This document shows, one piece after another, positions 45,170 to 54,100 of a stretch of DNA of 55,691 nucleotides. Position 1 is the first letter of the stretch; each line of letters opens with the position of its first letter. The notes beneath the pieces were generated by a model. The model made no database searches. It worked only from the letters and a program-made list of their open reading frames with translations, and had not been told where the DNA came from. The position numbers and the translations under genes are program-made. Source of the DNA: an uncultured virus (IMG/VR IMGVR_UViG_3300043436_004224) (lineage: Duplodnaviria > Heunggongvirae > Uroviricota > Caudoviricetes); the IMG/VR virus record IMGVR_UViG_3300043436_004224; one strand, 5' to 3'.

Positions 45170-46183
45170 ATGAAAATTTTATTCACAGGCATGGCGTCGT
45201 CCCACTGCTCACCCATAGACAACGTAAGTTTCTTTAGTACAGTAGCTAAAGCTGTAGAAACAACCTCGGAAGTCGTTTGGGATACGCCTAAAATTTCATG
45301 GACAAAAGACGAGTTAGATAGTTTTGATCTAATATTTTTTGGTTTTATACCTCCCACTGCTTTAAGCGCAAATAAGATATATGGCGCTATGCATGTACTT
45401 GGTCTAATGTTTGACTCACCTAAATTAAGACTCGTGGTTGATGGACATCAAGTTTGGCAGTATAAAAACAGTATTGAGATGGTTAAAAGAGACGTTTCAA
45501 GTCTGTTTAGTAGTTTTTATTCAAAGAGGGCAGAATACTCTTCTGCTAAAGACCCCTCTAACAGGGACTATATAGATCTTGCTTCAAAATATTTTGCTTC
45601 TGAGGTGTGGCCAATAACTTACTACCCAAAGCTGCCTTGGACATCCCACGAAAAGGCCGTTGCTTCTTTGGGCTTCGGCACTAAGGAAAGATTTGTTGGA
45701 GTCTCTCTTGACTCTATATTGATAAATCCTGAACCTTACAGTATGTCTACTAGAGGAGATTTTTGGTCGGTGGACAACCACAAAAGTGTGTGGCTAAAAA
45801 AGCTAGAGCCATCTATAAGACGCCCAGTCTACCCACTAAAGCCTGGCAGACTTTTGACTGATAAGGAAGCTATAACCTCCATGCGAGAGTCTCTGGGACT
45901 AATTATTGCTCCCCAAGACCGCGGTGTAGGGTCTTGGTGGTCCTATAGATATATTCAAGCCCTAAACTCAAACACACCTGTGGCCACCAACTGGATAGAC
46001 GCGGCCGGCTACAGCGAATCCTGGTCGCATCTGGCTTATCAGATCGAAGACATGGACTATAGCCAAAGGCTGTTAGTTGCAAAAAATCAGCTAGAATCGT
46101 ACCAAGCTTCTTTACAAGATAAAAAACAGACAATTGATGCCTTTATGGCAGGTATACTAGAATTAGATTCGGAGAGGATTTAA
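45170..46183 (+). CDS. Putative GT-B-fold glycosyltransferase-like protein
   Basis: MKILFTG N-terminus and SWWSYRYIQAL...TPV C-terminal pattern resembling GT-B nucleotide-binding region; weak. Confidence 0.45.
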   Translation: MKILFTGMASSHCSPIDNVSFFSTVAKAVETTSEVVWDTPKISWTKDELDSFDLIFFGFIPPTALSANKIYGAMHVLGLMFDSPKLRLVVDGHQVWQYKNSIEMVKRDVSSLFSSFYSKRAEYSSAKDPSNRDYIDLASKYFASEVWPITYYPKLPWTSHEKAVASLGFGTKERFVGVSLDSILINPEPYSMSTRGDFWSVDNHKSVWLKKLEPSIRRPVYPLKPGRLLTDKEAITSMRESLGLIIAPQDRGVGSWWSYRYIQALNSNTPVATNWIDAAGYSESWSHLAYQIEDMDYSQRLLVAKNQLESYQASLQDKKQTIDAFMAGILELDSERI

Positions 46184-46621
46184 ATGCCAGAACTAAACCA
46201 CGAGTGGGTAAAGCAGCAGCTGGAAGCTGCAAAGGTTAAGGTTGGGTCAGCGAAGGCCACCCTTAAATTGCTAAGCACCTGGGAAGAGCTGCCAGCCCTA
46301 TCCCCTGCAATACTAAAAGAAGTTTTAGACATATTCCCAAAGCTAGTCAGAGGAACACCTTTAACTGAAGAAGAGTCGGAAGAGGACTACTACTGGGACG
46401 ATCTACAGCCAGGAAATATTACCGTAGGCGATGTAGTTCGAGTTAAGCAAGATGCGTTTATGGAGAAGCTAGGAACAATACACAATGGCAGGCGTGGCAG
46501 TGTTGTTGGCGTAAGATATGGTGACGTAATCTTCAACGACACTGATGGAAAAAATCCGCCGCTTAAGGGCGTTCACTACTCTCCGTACAAATTAGAAAAG
46601 CGACTTAGAAAGGCCAACTAG
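46184..46621 (+). CDS. Hypothetical protein with C-terminal SH3/KOW-like barrel
   Basis: VGDVVRVK...NGRRG.VV pattern. Confidence 0.6.
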   Translation: MPELNHEWVKQQLEAAKVKVGSAKATLKLLSTWEELPALSPAILKEVLDIFPKLVRGTPLTEEESEEDYYWDDLQPGNITVGDVVRVKQDAFMEKLGTIHNGRRGSVVGVRYGDVIFNDTDGKNPPLKGVHYSPYKLEKRLRKAN

Positions 46622-46869
46622 TGAGAACTAGTTTTGAGCTAAAAATAATTGCAGCTAATCTAGAAGAAGCAAAGCAAACTGCCATAGAGGAGATTGCTGC
46701 TTTTCTTCGCATAAAACAAGAGGAAGTCTTGGATCAAGTAAGCATAGAGCTTAAAGTCTCATACGCTGAAGCAAAGACTAGAGAAGAAATTGCTGAAGAA
46801 GTGGACAAGATGGACTTCGTTGTGACAGTTTTTGCATCAGTAAAACAGAGTGTTGTAAAGCCTTTTTAG
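46621..46869 (+). CDS. Hypothetical protein
   Basis: 82 aa, coupled to upstream stop. Confidence 0.65.
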   Translation: MRTSFELKIIAANLEEAKQTAIEEIAAFLRIKQEEVLDQVSIELKVSYAEAKTREEIAEEVDKMDFVVTVFASVKQSVVKPF

Positions 46870-46875
46870 CTTTAT

Positions 46876-46904
46876 TTGACTTTTTGCTTAATGCTAGGTA
46901 TAGT
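46876..46904 (+). promoter_or_regulatory. SigA-type promoter
   Basis: TTGACT-17 bp-TATAGT. Confidence 0.7.
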
Positions 46905-46932
46905 CTAAGTAGCTTTCTGAAAGGAACTATTT

Positions 46933-47421
46933 ATGCAGACATTTGTGCCAATTACCGACTCGTTTGAAGATATCGCAAAAGTGCTAGACAACAAGCGACT
47001 TAATAAGCAAGCCTTAGAGGGCTGGCAAATTCTTATGAACTTGCTACAGCTCGATCCTCAGGGGCAACACAGAATCTCTAAAGGGTGGTCAAACCATCCG
47101 GCTGTAAAAATGTGGAGGGGTCACGAGACGGCGCTCTACTTATATATACAAGCTATGGTAGCCGAGTGGAAAAAGCGTGGCTACAAATCCACTATTGGTG
47201 ATAAAGCAAAAGCCACTATGTCTACTGCTTTAAAGCTGGGCTTACTGCCAGACACGGCTTGCAACCCTTTTTGGATTTCATCTAATGAGACATTTTCTGA
47301 GATTGCTGCTAGCCACCGCTTGGCCCTTCTCAGTAAAGACTATGAGTGGTATTCGCAGTTTAAGTGGCCGGAAGATCGTGGAGTTCGACCAGAAACCTAT
47401 GAATATGTCTGGCCAGTTTAA
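46933..47421 (+). CDS. Pyrimidine-dimer DNA glycosylase-like protein (MSMEG_6728 family)
   Basis: MQTF.P, LD.KRL.KQ..E..QI, GW.NHPAV.MWRG and Y.WP motifs. Confidence 0.8.
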   Translation: MQTFVPITDSFEDIAKVLDNKRLNKQALEGWQILMNLLQLDPQGQHRISKGWSNHPAVKMWRGHETALYLYIQAMVAEWKKRGYKSTIGDKAKATMSTALKLGLLPDTACNPFWISSNETFSEIAASHRLALLSKDYEWYSQFKWPEDRGVRPETYEYVWPV

Positions 47422-47469
47422 TTTGTAATTTACGGTATAGTACATAAAACTTGACTTTAGAATCTTAAT

Positions 47470-47817
47470 ATGAAAGATTCTAGAGCCGGTGAGTCCCTTT
47501 GGTCATTGTGGGAGGGCGAAGGCTACGTTAGTGAGCTTGGTAGCCACATTGTGTACTATACCGAAGGTCATGTAGATGTTGATCACGAAGTTGTCGGAAA
47601 AGCATTAGCCTCCGTCATACAAAGAGACGGCATTGTCTACTCACTATTTGAGGCTTATACACTTATAGATAGCGGCGTCTCTTCCCAGGGGTGGGCAGGC
47701 TCTTTTACTGGTGAAATGTATCAAGAAGTCTGCGATGAGGGTGGCCTTACTTCCTACGGATCTTTGGTTGATAATTTAGTGCCTGTAACTTTTGTCGAGG
47801 TACCAAACTTTGTTTGA
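47470..47817 (+). CDS. Hypothetical protein
   Basis: 115 aa; TAGAAT 6 nt upstream of ATG suggests leaderless expression. Confidence 0.7.
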   Translation: MKDSRAGESLWSLWEGEGYVSELGSHIVYYTEGHVDVDHEVVGKALASVIQRDGIVYSLFEAYTLIDSGVSSQGWAGSFTGEMYQEVCDEGGLTSYGSLVDNLVPVTFVEVPNFV

Positions 47818-48280
47818 TTCTCAAGAGTGGCACGAAGATGCTGAATGTGCTAAACCAAAAAATGCTGAATTTATAAATAATTTTTTTGCAAATAAACCTG
47901 CTCAACAACACCAAGCAAAAAAACTTTGTAGTATCTGTCCAGTTAAAAAAGAGTGCGCCCAATGGGCTTTAAATGAAAAGCAGCTATGGGGTATCTGGGG
48001 TGGACTAAGCCCCGAGCAAATTAGACGAACTCTTTCTGTAAACTGGGAGGGTCAGGAGATGCGCCACAAACGTTTCCCACTCTGCCCAGGATGTAAAGCA
48101 AAAACTATGCACTTAGAGAGCTCTACTATTGATAGACCAGACGGTGGTCGCTGGTCCACAATGAGAATTGTGACCTGTACTCAATGCAAATTTACTTGGC
48201 AGAGTAGAACAAGCGCCAACGCGGTTGACGCCTACTTTGCATTAGAAGCTAAGAAGCAACAGCAGCGAGATAATAAGTAA
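47810..48280 (+). CDS. whiB: WhiB family transcription factor with C-terminal zinc ribbon
   Basis: W...A.C...FF...AK..C..CPV...C...AL...GIWGG, then CPGC...CTQC; TTG 47810 has GAGGT RBS. Confidence 0.9.
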   Translation: MFDSQEWHEDAECAKPKNAEFINNFFANKPAQQHQAKKLCSICPVKKECAQWALNEKQLWGIWGGLSPEQIRRTLSVNWEGQEMRHKRFPLCPGCKAKTMHLESSTIDRPDGGRWSTMRIVTCTQCKFTWQSRTSANAVDAYFALEAKKQQQRDNK

Positions 48281-49316
48281 GATTATTAGCTAAGCGCTGC
48301 TCAGACGGTGAAAGACTTACAGCTATTTTTCCATACTCCAGAGCCAGTTCGTATTTTTTAAGATTGTATGCGGCTAGTGCTGCTAAATCATATGGATTAG
48401 AGTTCCATGCAAATTCCTCGCATAGATAGTCCAAGGGCTTTTCTTTTATGCTTAGAGCTTGCTCTGCCGCCAGCAAGGACTGCTCCCAATTGGCAGAGTC
48501 ATGGAATACCTGAGCCAGCTCAACTAGAGCTTCGCGCCTGCCTGGGGCCTGAGCTATTGCCTTATCTAACCATTCGACAGCATTCTTTCGGTCTATCTTG
48601 GCGATATATCTCATGGAGGCCGCTCTTTCAGGTGGCCAGGTGGCCCTAGGCAGCTCTAAATGCCTCTTAAACTCGCTCAGCGCCTCATTGAAGCGTCCGT
48701 AAAAAAAGAGCTCTCTGGCATAGTAGAAGGCATTTCTGTCGTCTTCAGGGCCCTCCTGGACCGCCTGAGCCAGTAGTGGGAGGTATTGGGATCTAGGCTT
48801 AGAATCGTCTGCATGGTGGTGTATCTCTAGCCCCACCCATTTTTGGACTTCTTTAGTTTCACCGTATGCAATCAAAACTTCGTGGACTGGGTGCTTCCAC
48901 ATATAGCCAAATCTAGAGTGAATTTTGTCTCCACCGTATTGCAATCCGGGGATTGTTCTTTCTGCATCTTTCCAGTTCCAGGTGTATTGATATCTAGGTC
49001 TGGTGGCTTTTTCGTCAAAAGCTTTTTGTAGCTCGTCTCTCCACCCAGGGAGTAGAACCTCGTCCATATCTAAAGCAATGCAATAATCTATATCTGCCGG
49101 TAGGGCTGCTAGTGAAGCATTTCTAGCCACGTCAAATCTCCAAGGCTTTACTGTCACATTTACTACATTTACCCCTAAAGATTTTGCTAGCGCTACAGTC
49201 TTGTCGGTTGATCCTGTGTCTGCAATCAAAAGATAGTCTGCATCTTTGGCACTCTCAGCCCAGGGAGCAACAAACTGCTCTTCGTTTAGAGCAATAGTAT
49301 AGACAGCAACTTTCAT
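48249..49316 (-). CDS. Glycosyltransferase family 2 with TPR repeats
   Basis: DTGSTD, F..ARN, LDMDE, HE motifs; C-terminal TPR helices. Confidence 0.9.
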   Translation of the reverse strand: MKVAVYTIALNEEQFVAPWAESAKDADYLLIADTGSTDKTVALAKSLGVNVVNVTVKPWRFDVARNASLAALPADIDYCIALDMDEVLLPGWRDELQKAFDEKATRPRYQYTWNWKDAERTIPGLQYGGDKIHSRFGYMWKHPVHEVLIAYGETKEVQKWVGLEIHHHADDSKPRSQYLPLLAQAVQEGPEDDRNAFYYARELFFYGRFNEALSEFKRHLELPRATWPPERAASMRYIAKIDRKNAVEWLDKAIAQAPGRREALVELAQVFHDSANWEQSLLAAEQALSIKEKPLDYLCEEFAWNSNPYDLAALAAYNLKKYELALEYGKIAVSLSPSEQRLANNLTYYLAAVAS

Positions 49317-49318
49317 AT

Positions 49319-50518
49319 TTATCTCACTGCCAAAACACTTATAAATTCTCTTGGCTCAAAGTCTCCGCCAAGAACCATAGTGAGAAGTCCTGGCTTTGAC
49401 TCCATTCCAGCACGATCACGGAACCATTCGCTTCCGGGGTCTGTGGTTGGAGCCTGAACCCAAAGACGAGTACCAATGTCCATAGTTCTGAAGTTGTGGA
49501 AGTGTCCTGACACCCAGACGTCTGCCAAACCAAGAGCAGTCTGTCCTGCTGCCTGCTGTGAGATGTAGCGTAGTGTGTTGTTCTGTCCAGCCTGGTGTCC
49601 GTGGAACAGTCCAAGCATAGTTCCTTTAATATCTACAGTTAGTGTCTGATGCCCAACTGATGGATATCTAAACTCTATGTGCTGTAGTGCAGGATTTTCT
49701 GCGCAAATGTCTTGAACTGCAGATGCAATCTCTACGTTCCATCCATCTGATGGATCTGTCACAACTTGTCTGGTTGCCTCGTCGTGGTTTCCATTTATGA
49801 CTGGAACAATCATGTGCTCTGCTAGAGGTGCCAAAGCTTTAATCTGAGCTAGAAGTAGTCTCCTAGCAACTCGTACCTGCTCGGTTATTCCGAGGTCGGA
49901 GGCTGCTTGTCCTTGGAGTCTTCCGTTTTGGCTGGTAATTCCCTCCACGTGATCACCCGGTAACGCCAGACAAATTGTTCCAAGAGAAAGGCCCATCTTT
50001 TTATAAGCTTCAAATCTATGCACCGCCGATTCTGTTAGTTGGAGAATTCGACCTATCGATTGAGCCGTACCCTCGCCGTTTGCTTTCTTACCTATTTGTT
50101 GATCGCTTGGGACTACTGTGAACGCGCCGTTTCCAGTTGATGTTTTTACACCTTTTGCTGGACGCCACTTTTTCATTTCATCTAAAAGCTGCTCTACATC
50201 TAAAGAGTCTAAACCAACTGAGGATGATGGTATTAGGTTGACTCGTATTGACTCTAAATATTCACCGTCAAACTTTTGCCACTTGCCTCTACGAAGAGAA
50301 GATACCGCCCACTCTGCCGGATCTAAACCAAAATCTTTTATAACTTCATTTGCATCGAAGTTAGAGCCTTCTGCACGAGGCGATGAAATTAGATAGCCAC
50401 CCTTGCCGCTATCTATGTCCATTCTTGGACGCCAGTCTTCGGGGACTCCGAGCTTCTTATAGTCAGACCCTGAGGTCCCAGGATTACGTAGCTCTTCTAA
50501 TTTGTCAGCTAAGCTCAA
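49319..50518 (-). CDS. Calcineurin-like metallophosphoesterase
   Basis: SDQQ.GK, GD..EG, GNHD, HGH, GHFH motifs; TTG start overlaps upstream TGA. Confidence 0.8.
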   Translation of the reverse strand: MSLADKLEELRNPGTSGSDYKKLGVPEDWRPRMDIDSGKGGYLISSPRAEGSNFDANEVIKDFGLDPAEWAVSSLRRGKWQKFDGEYLESIRVNLIPSSSVGLDSLDVEQLLDEMKKWRPAKGVKTSTGNGAFTVVPSDQQIGKKANGEGTAQSIGRILQLTESAVHRFEAYKKMGLSLGTICLALPGDHVEGITSQNGRLQGQAASDLGITEQVRVARRLLLAQIKALAPLAEHMIVPVINGNHDEATRQVVTDPSDGWNVEIASAVQDICAENPALQHIEFRYPSVGHQTLTVDIKGTMLGLFHGHQAGQNNTLRYISQQAAGQTALGLADVWVSGHFHNFRTMDIGTRLWVQAPTTDPGSEWFRDRAGMESKPGLLTMVLGGDFEPREFISVLAVR

Positions 50519-50796
50519 CTTATTTTTCCTAATCGTCGGCAAGAGCAGTTGCCCCCGCGATGTCTACTTATGGCACTTGCACTTACGTCATAGCCTTCAC
50601 TCCTCAGGAGGTCAGCTAGTGTTTGATGGGGAATATATCTATGGTCTTCGCGATTAGTGAGATTAATTACTTCAGCTAGGGCGTCTCTATCTTTTTTAGA
50701 TAGCCCCTGATCAGAGGTAATAGAGGCGAACTTACAAGTAGTGAGGTCGCTTATATACTTCTGAGAGGCGGTAGCTAGCTTGTCTGCTAATGGCAT
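50515..50796 (-). CDS. Small putative zinc-binding protein
   Basis: 93 aa; C...RHR...CSC; AGGAG RBS. Confidence 0.7.
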   Translation of the reverse strand: MPLADKLATASQKYISDLTTCKFASITSDQGLSKKDRDALAEVINLTNREDHRYIPHQTLADLLRSEGYDVSASAISRHRGGNCSCRRLGKIS

Positions 50797-50847
50797 AATT
50801 TCTCCTAGGGTTAAACCTTAGGTTTATGCTACTACATGTTTTGTAGT

Positions 50848-51228
50848 TTAGCTAGCCTTTTTAGACTTAGACACGCGCTTTTTTAAAAGCGGTTTTTCGG
50901 CTGCAGGGAGTAGGTTTTCTGGGACAGAGTTTGGGACCGAAGAGTTACTGATCCCTAGAGTTAAATTTTTAATGAAGTCAATCTCTGTAGACACCTTGAT
51001 TACGTGCTTTTCAATATTATTAACACGATCTGCTAGGGAGCTGCCGCCGTTTTCCCATAGCTGATGCTCAACTTTATCTAGTCTATCTGATATAGTTCTA
51101 CCGTTCTTGTCTACACCGATAGCGGCGTCTATTCGCTTAGCAAGTTTATATGATGAAAAGACTGCACCAAAGATTACGGTTAAAGCACCAAAAATGCTTG
51201 CAATTGTTATAATGATGTCTGTAGCCAT
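50848..51228 (-). CDS. Membrane protein, possibly holin-associated
   Basis: N-terminal transmembrane helix, NGGSSL.D motif, coiled coil. Confidence 0.55.
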   Translation of the reverse strand: MATDIIITIASIFGALTVIFGAVFSSYKLAKRIDAAIGVDKNGRTISDRLDKVEHQLWENGGSSLADRVNNIEKHVIKVSTEIDFIKNLTLGISNSSVPNSVPENLLPAAEKPLLKKRVSKSKKAS

Positions 51229-51271
51229 AGACTATGCTAGATTCCTATAAAGTTGAGCTTAATTATTAACT

Positions 51272-51282
51272 AGTTTACCCTA
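51272..51282 (-). promoter_or_regulatory. Putative late promoter motif TAGGGTAAACT on minus strand
   Basis: Exact copy of the motif at 5334, oriented toward the minus-strand operon. Confidence 0.6.
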
Positions 51283-51350
51283 ATATGATTGATGCTATTT
51301 AAATACCTGTGTCTACCAATAAATTAGTGGCAAATTATTCGTTTCTTGGT

Positions 51351-51378
51351 TTGCATTCAAGACTATTCTGTGTATGAT
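51351..51378 (+). promoter_or_regulatory. SigA-type promoter for primase gene
   Basis: TTGCAT-16 bp-TATGAT with TGTG extension. Confidence 0.55.
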
Positions 51379-51418
51379 GTTCTTACTGGTGTTCTTAATG
51401 ACGTAAAGGTTTAAATAA

Positions 51419-54097
51419 ATGGAAGAAGTAGATTCCGCTACTGGAAGGCTAAAAAATGGAGCCTTATGGTACGCCAATAATGGCTGGAAAATACTTCCTG
51501 TACATGGAATTGTAGATGGCAAATGTACTTGCGGACGCCCTCATTCTGAACCCAAAGATATTGGTAAACACCCAGCTATAAATGCGTGGGACACCAAAGC
51601 TACCTCAGATCAAAATGAAATTAGTTCTTGGTGGGAAACTAATCCTGAGTACAATATCGGAGTTTTTGCCAGAGAGTCTGGCTTCCTAGTAATTGACATC
51701 GACCCACGAAACGGTGGAGACGAGTCATTCTTAAAACTTGAAGCACTGGCATCTGGTGCGCTACCAAAAACTGTAGAAGCTGTCACCGGTGTATACAACG
51801 TAAACGGAAAATCAGTAAGAGGTAGGCACTTAATCTACAAGTGCAAGCCAGGTGAAAAGTTTATCGGCAACTTTAAAAAAGCTGGACTTGACGGTATAGA
51901 TGTAAAGTACAACGGATACATTCTTATAGCCCCATCTAGACATTTTTCTGGTGTCAACTACTACTGGAAAGAGGGGCACGCTCCTTGGCAAATTGGAGAA
52001 CCTGCTGAAGCACCAGAAGAACTACTTGCCGTTATTAGGGCTTCGAGTCCAAGTAGCAGCTACACGGGTGGATCTAGTAGATATAAAGATGGCAACTGGG
52101 GGGCTTTTAAAGATCTAGAGTATGACGGCTCTAAGGTCGACATTGAAAAAATTCTTGGTGAGGGTCTTGTCGAAGGTGAACGCGCTGTTGAGATTTACAA
52201 ACTAGCCTGTGCGCTAGCAAACAAAATGGGCACTGACTCGATCTCAAGGAGCGCTATCGAGTCAATGATGATTCGATTCAATGCAGAAAAAGTAAAGCCA
52301 CCTATGGAGTTAGAGGGACCTAACTCGCTGCTTATGCACGTTAATAGAGCAATGGATTTTGTTGCCGGAAACCCTAAAGTAAATCTTAAGTGGGAAGGGA
52401 TTTCTGATTGGGCAGCTACTAAAGGAGCCGACTGGGCGAGCAAAGCTCAGGAAGCTGCCACGAATAAGAGAAAAGAAAAACTAGTTGAAGAATCAGCTAG
52501 AGCAATTGAGACGTTTGTTGGATCTACTAGTTATGAGGAAGCTCCTCCTGTAGAGGAGTCCGTGTTTATTGGAGATCGTGTAGCTAGTCTGGTTAAAAAG
52601 GGTATGTCTGTGACAGACGCTATTGGTGGCGGAAACTCCGGATTACCTCAAGACCAAGACGCGGTTGATGCTGAAGATGGTGGTGTTCTCGGGGACCGAA
52701 GCTTCACTGATGTTGGAAACAGTCGAAGACTGATTGATACTTTTGGTTCTGCTATTAGATATACTCCTGGTTTAGGTTGGTTTTTTTGGGATGGTAATTA
52801 TTGGAAACCAGACTTAGAAAACCTAGAGCTACAAGAGCTAGCTAAAAAAGTTGCACCAGTAATCGCCGGTGAGATTAGCAATGTGGATTTAAATAGCACA
52901 AAAGCAAACGAGATTATTAACTGGGCAAAGCAAGCAAAGTCAAGCACCCGTATGACTAGCATGATAAAAAATGCTGTATCTGATAAACGAATCGGGGTCC
53001 CTATTGAGCATTGGGACGGCGATGTTAATTTGCTTGGTGTAATGAATGGTGTAGTTAACTTAAAAACAGGAGAACTTCTATACGGTAGGCCTGATTTGTA
53101 TATCACTAGAAGAGCTCCAGTTGCATATACTCCAGGATTAAAAAACGTTAAGTTTGAGCAATTTTTAGATTTTGCAACTAATGGCGATAAAGAGTTCCAA
53201 GAGTGGTTACAGAGAGCTGTTGGCTATACCCTCACGGGAAATAACAATCAGGACGTTATGTTTTTGGTTTACGGCCCTCCTGGATCGGGTAAAACAACGT
53301 TTGTTGAAACTATTTTTAATGCTTTAGGCTCTAAACAATATTCTTGGACTCTAGATTCTTCGGTACTTGCTGCTGGAGACGGTCAGGCAAATAGGACAGA
53401 TGAGTATCACATGGCAGAGCTTAGAGGCCGCCGTATGATATGGGTCGATGAACTTCCAGAATCAGAGCGTCTCAAAGAAAACCAAGTCAAGAAGATGACT
53501 GGTTCTGGAACACTTTCGGGTCGATCTCCTGGAGAGCGCCCATTCACATTTACGTCCCAAGGAAAGCTTTGGGTTACCACAAACCACAGGCCCATTATTA
53601 CGGACGATGCAATGTGGCGTCGTTTAAGGCCAATTCCACTTACAAACATTCCTGAAAATCCTGATAAAGACTTGCGCCCGTATCTATCTGATCCTGAAGG
53701 TGGCCTACCAGCAGTTCTTTCTTGGGCTGTAGATGGAGCAATCAAATACCTAAACTCTTCCGCGAAAGACGCCTTGGGTTGGTGCACCATAGTACGCGAA
53801 GCAGCTGATGTATATAGGAAGAATGAAGACAGAATTGGCTTGTTTTTTGAGGAAGAAACTCAGCAGGCTAAAGACATATCTGTCACTATAGCTTCTTTAT
53901 ATGGACTATATAGAAAATGGAGTGATACTCGCGGTGAGCGTGCAATGACTCAGATAGCATTCCAACGTAAACTAAGCGACAGGGCTATGAATATTGTTGG
54001 TCAAGGATCTAAAGCAGTTCTACATGGCTATGCCATACTACCTAGGGCTGTACCGAATTGGACCGATTCGGTTGCTGCTTCTCAAATAATGCTTTAA
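51419..54097 (+). CDS. Bifunctional Prim-Pol / D5-like SF3 primase-helicase
   Basis: GKHP, NIG, VIDID, GRH prim-pol motifs; D5 N-terminal region; GPPGSGKTT, DELPE, TNH helicase motifs. Confidence 0.92.
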   Translation: MEEVDSATGRLKNGALWYANNGWKILPVHGIVDGKCTCGRPHSEPKDIGKHPAINAWDTKATSDQNEISSWWETNPEYNIGVFARESGFLVIDIDPRNGGDESFLKLEALASGALPKTVEAVTGVYNVNGKSVRGRHLIYKCKPGEKFIGNFKKAGLDGIDVKYNGYILIAPSRHFSGVNYYWKEGHAPWQIGEPAEAPEELLAVIRASSPSSSYTGGSSRYKDGNWGAFKDLEYDGSKVDIEKILGEGLVEGERAVEIYKLACALANKMGTDSISRSAIESMMIRFNAEKVKPPMELEGPNSLLMHVNRAMDFVAGNPKVNLKWEGISDWAATKGADWASKAQEAATNKRKEKLVEESARAIETFVGSTSYEEAPPVEESVFIGDRVASLVKKGMSVTDAIGGGNSGLPQDQDAVDAEDGGVLGDRSFTDVGNSRRLIDTFGSAIRYTPGLGWFFWDGNYWKPDLENLELQELAKKVAPVIAGEISNVDLNSTKANEIINWAKQAKSSTRMTSMIKNAVSDKRIGVPIEHWDGDVNLLGVMNGVVNLKTGELLYGRPDLYITRRAPVAYTPGLKNVKFEQFLDFATNGDKEFQEWLQRAVGYTLTGNNNQDVMFLVYGPPGSGKTTFVETIFNALGSKQYSWTLDSSVLAAGDGQANRTDEYHMAELRGRRMIWVDELPESERLKENQVKKMTGSGTLSGRSPGERPFTFTSQGKLWVTTNHRPIITDDAMWRRLRPIPLTNIPENPDKDLRPYLSDPEGGLPAVLSWAVDGAIKYLNSSAKDALGWCTIVREAADVYRKNEDRIGLFFEEETQQAKDISVTIASLYGLYRKWSDTRGERAMTQIAFQRKLSDRAMNIVGQGSKAVLHGYAILPRAVPNWTDSVAASQIML

Positions 54098-54100
54098 ATT

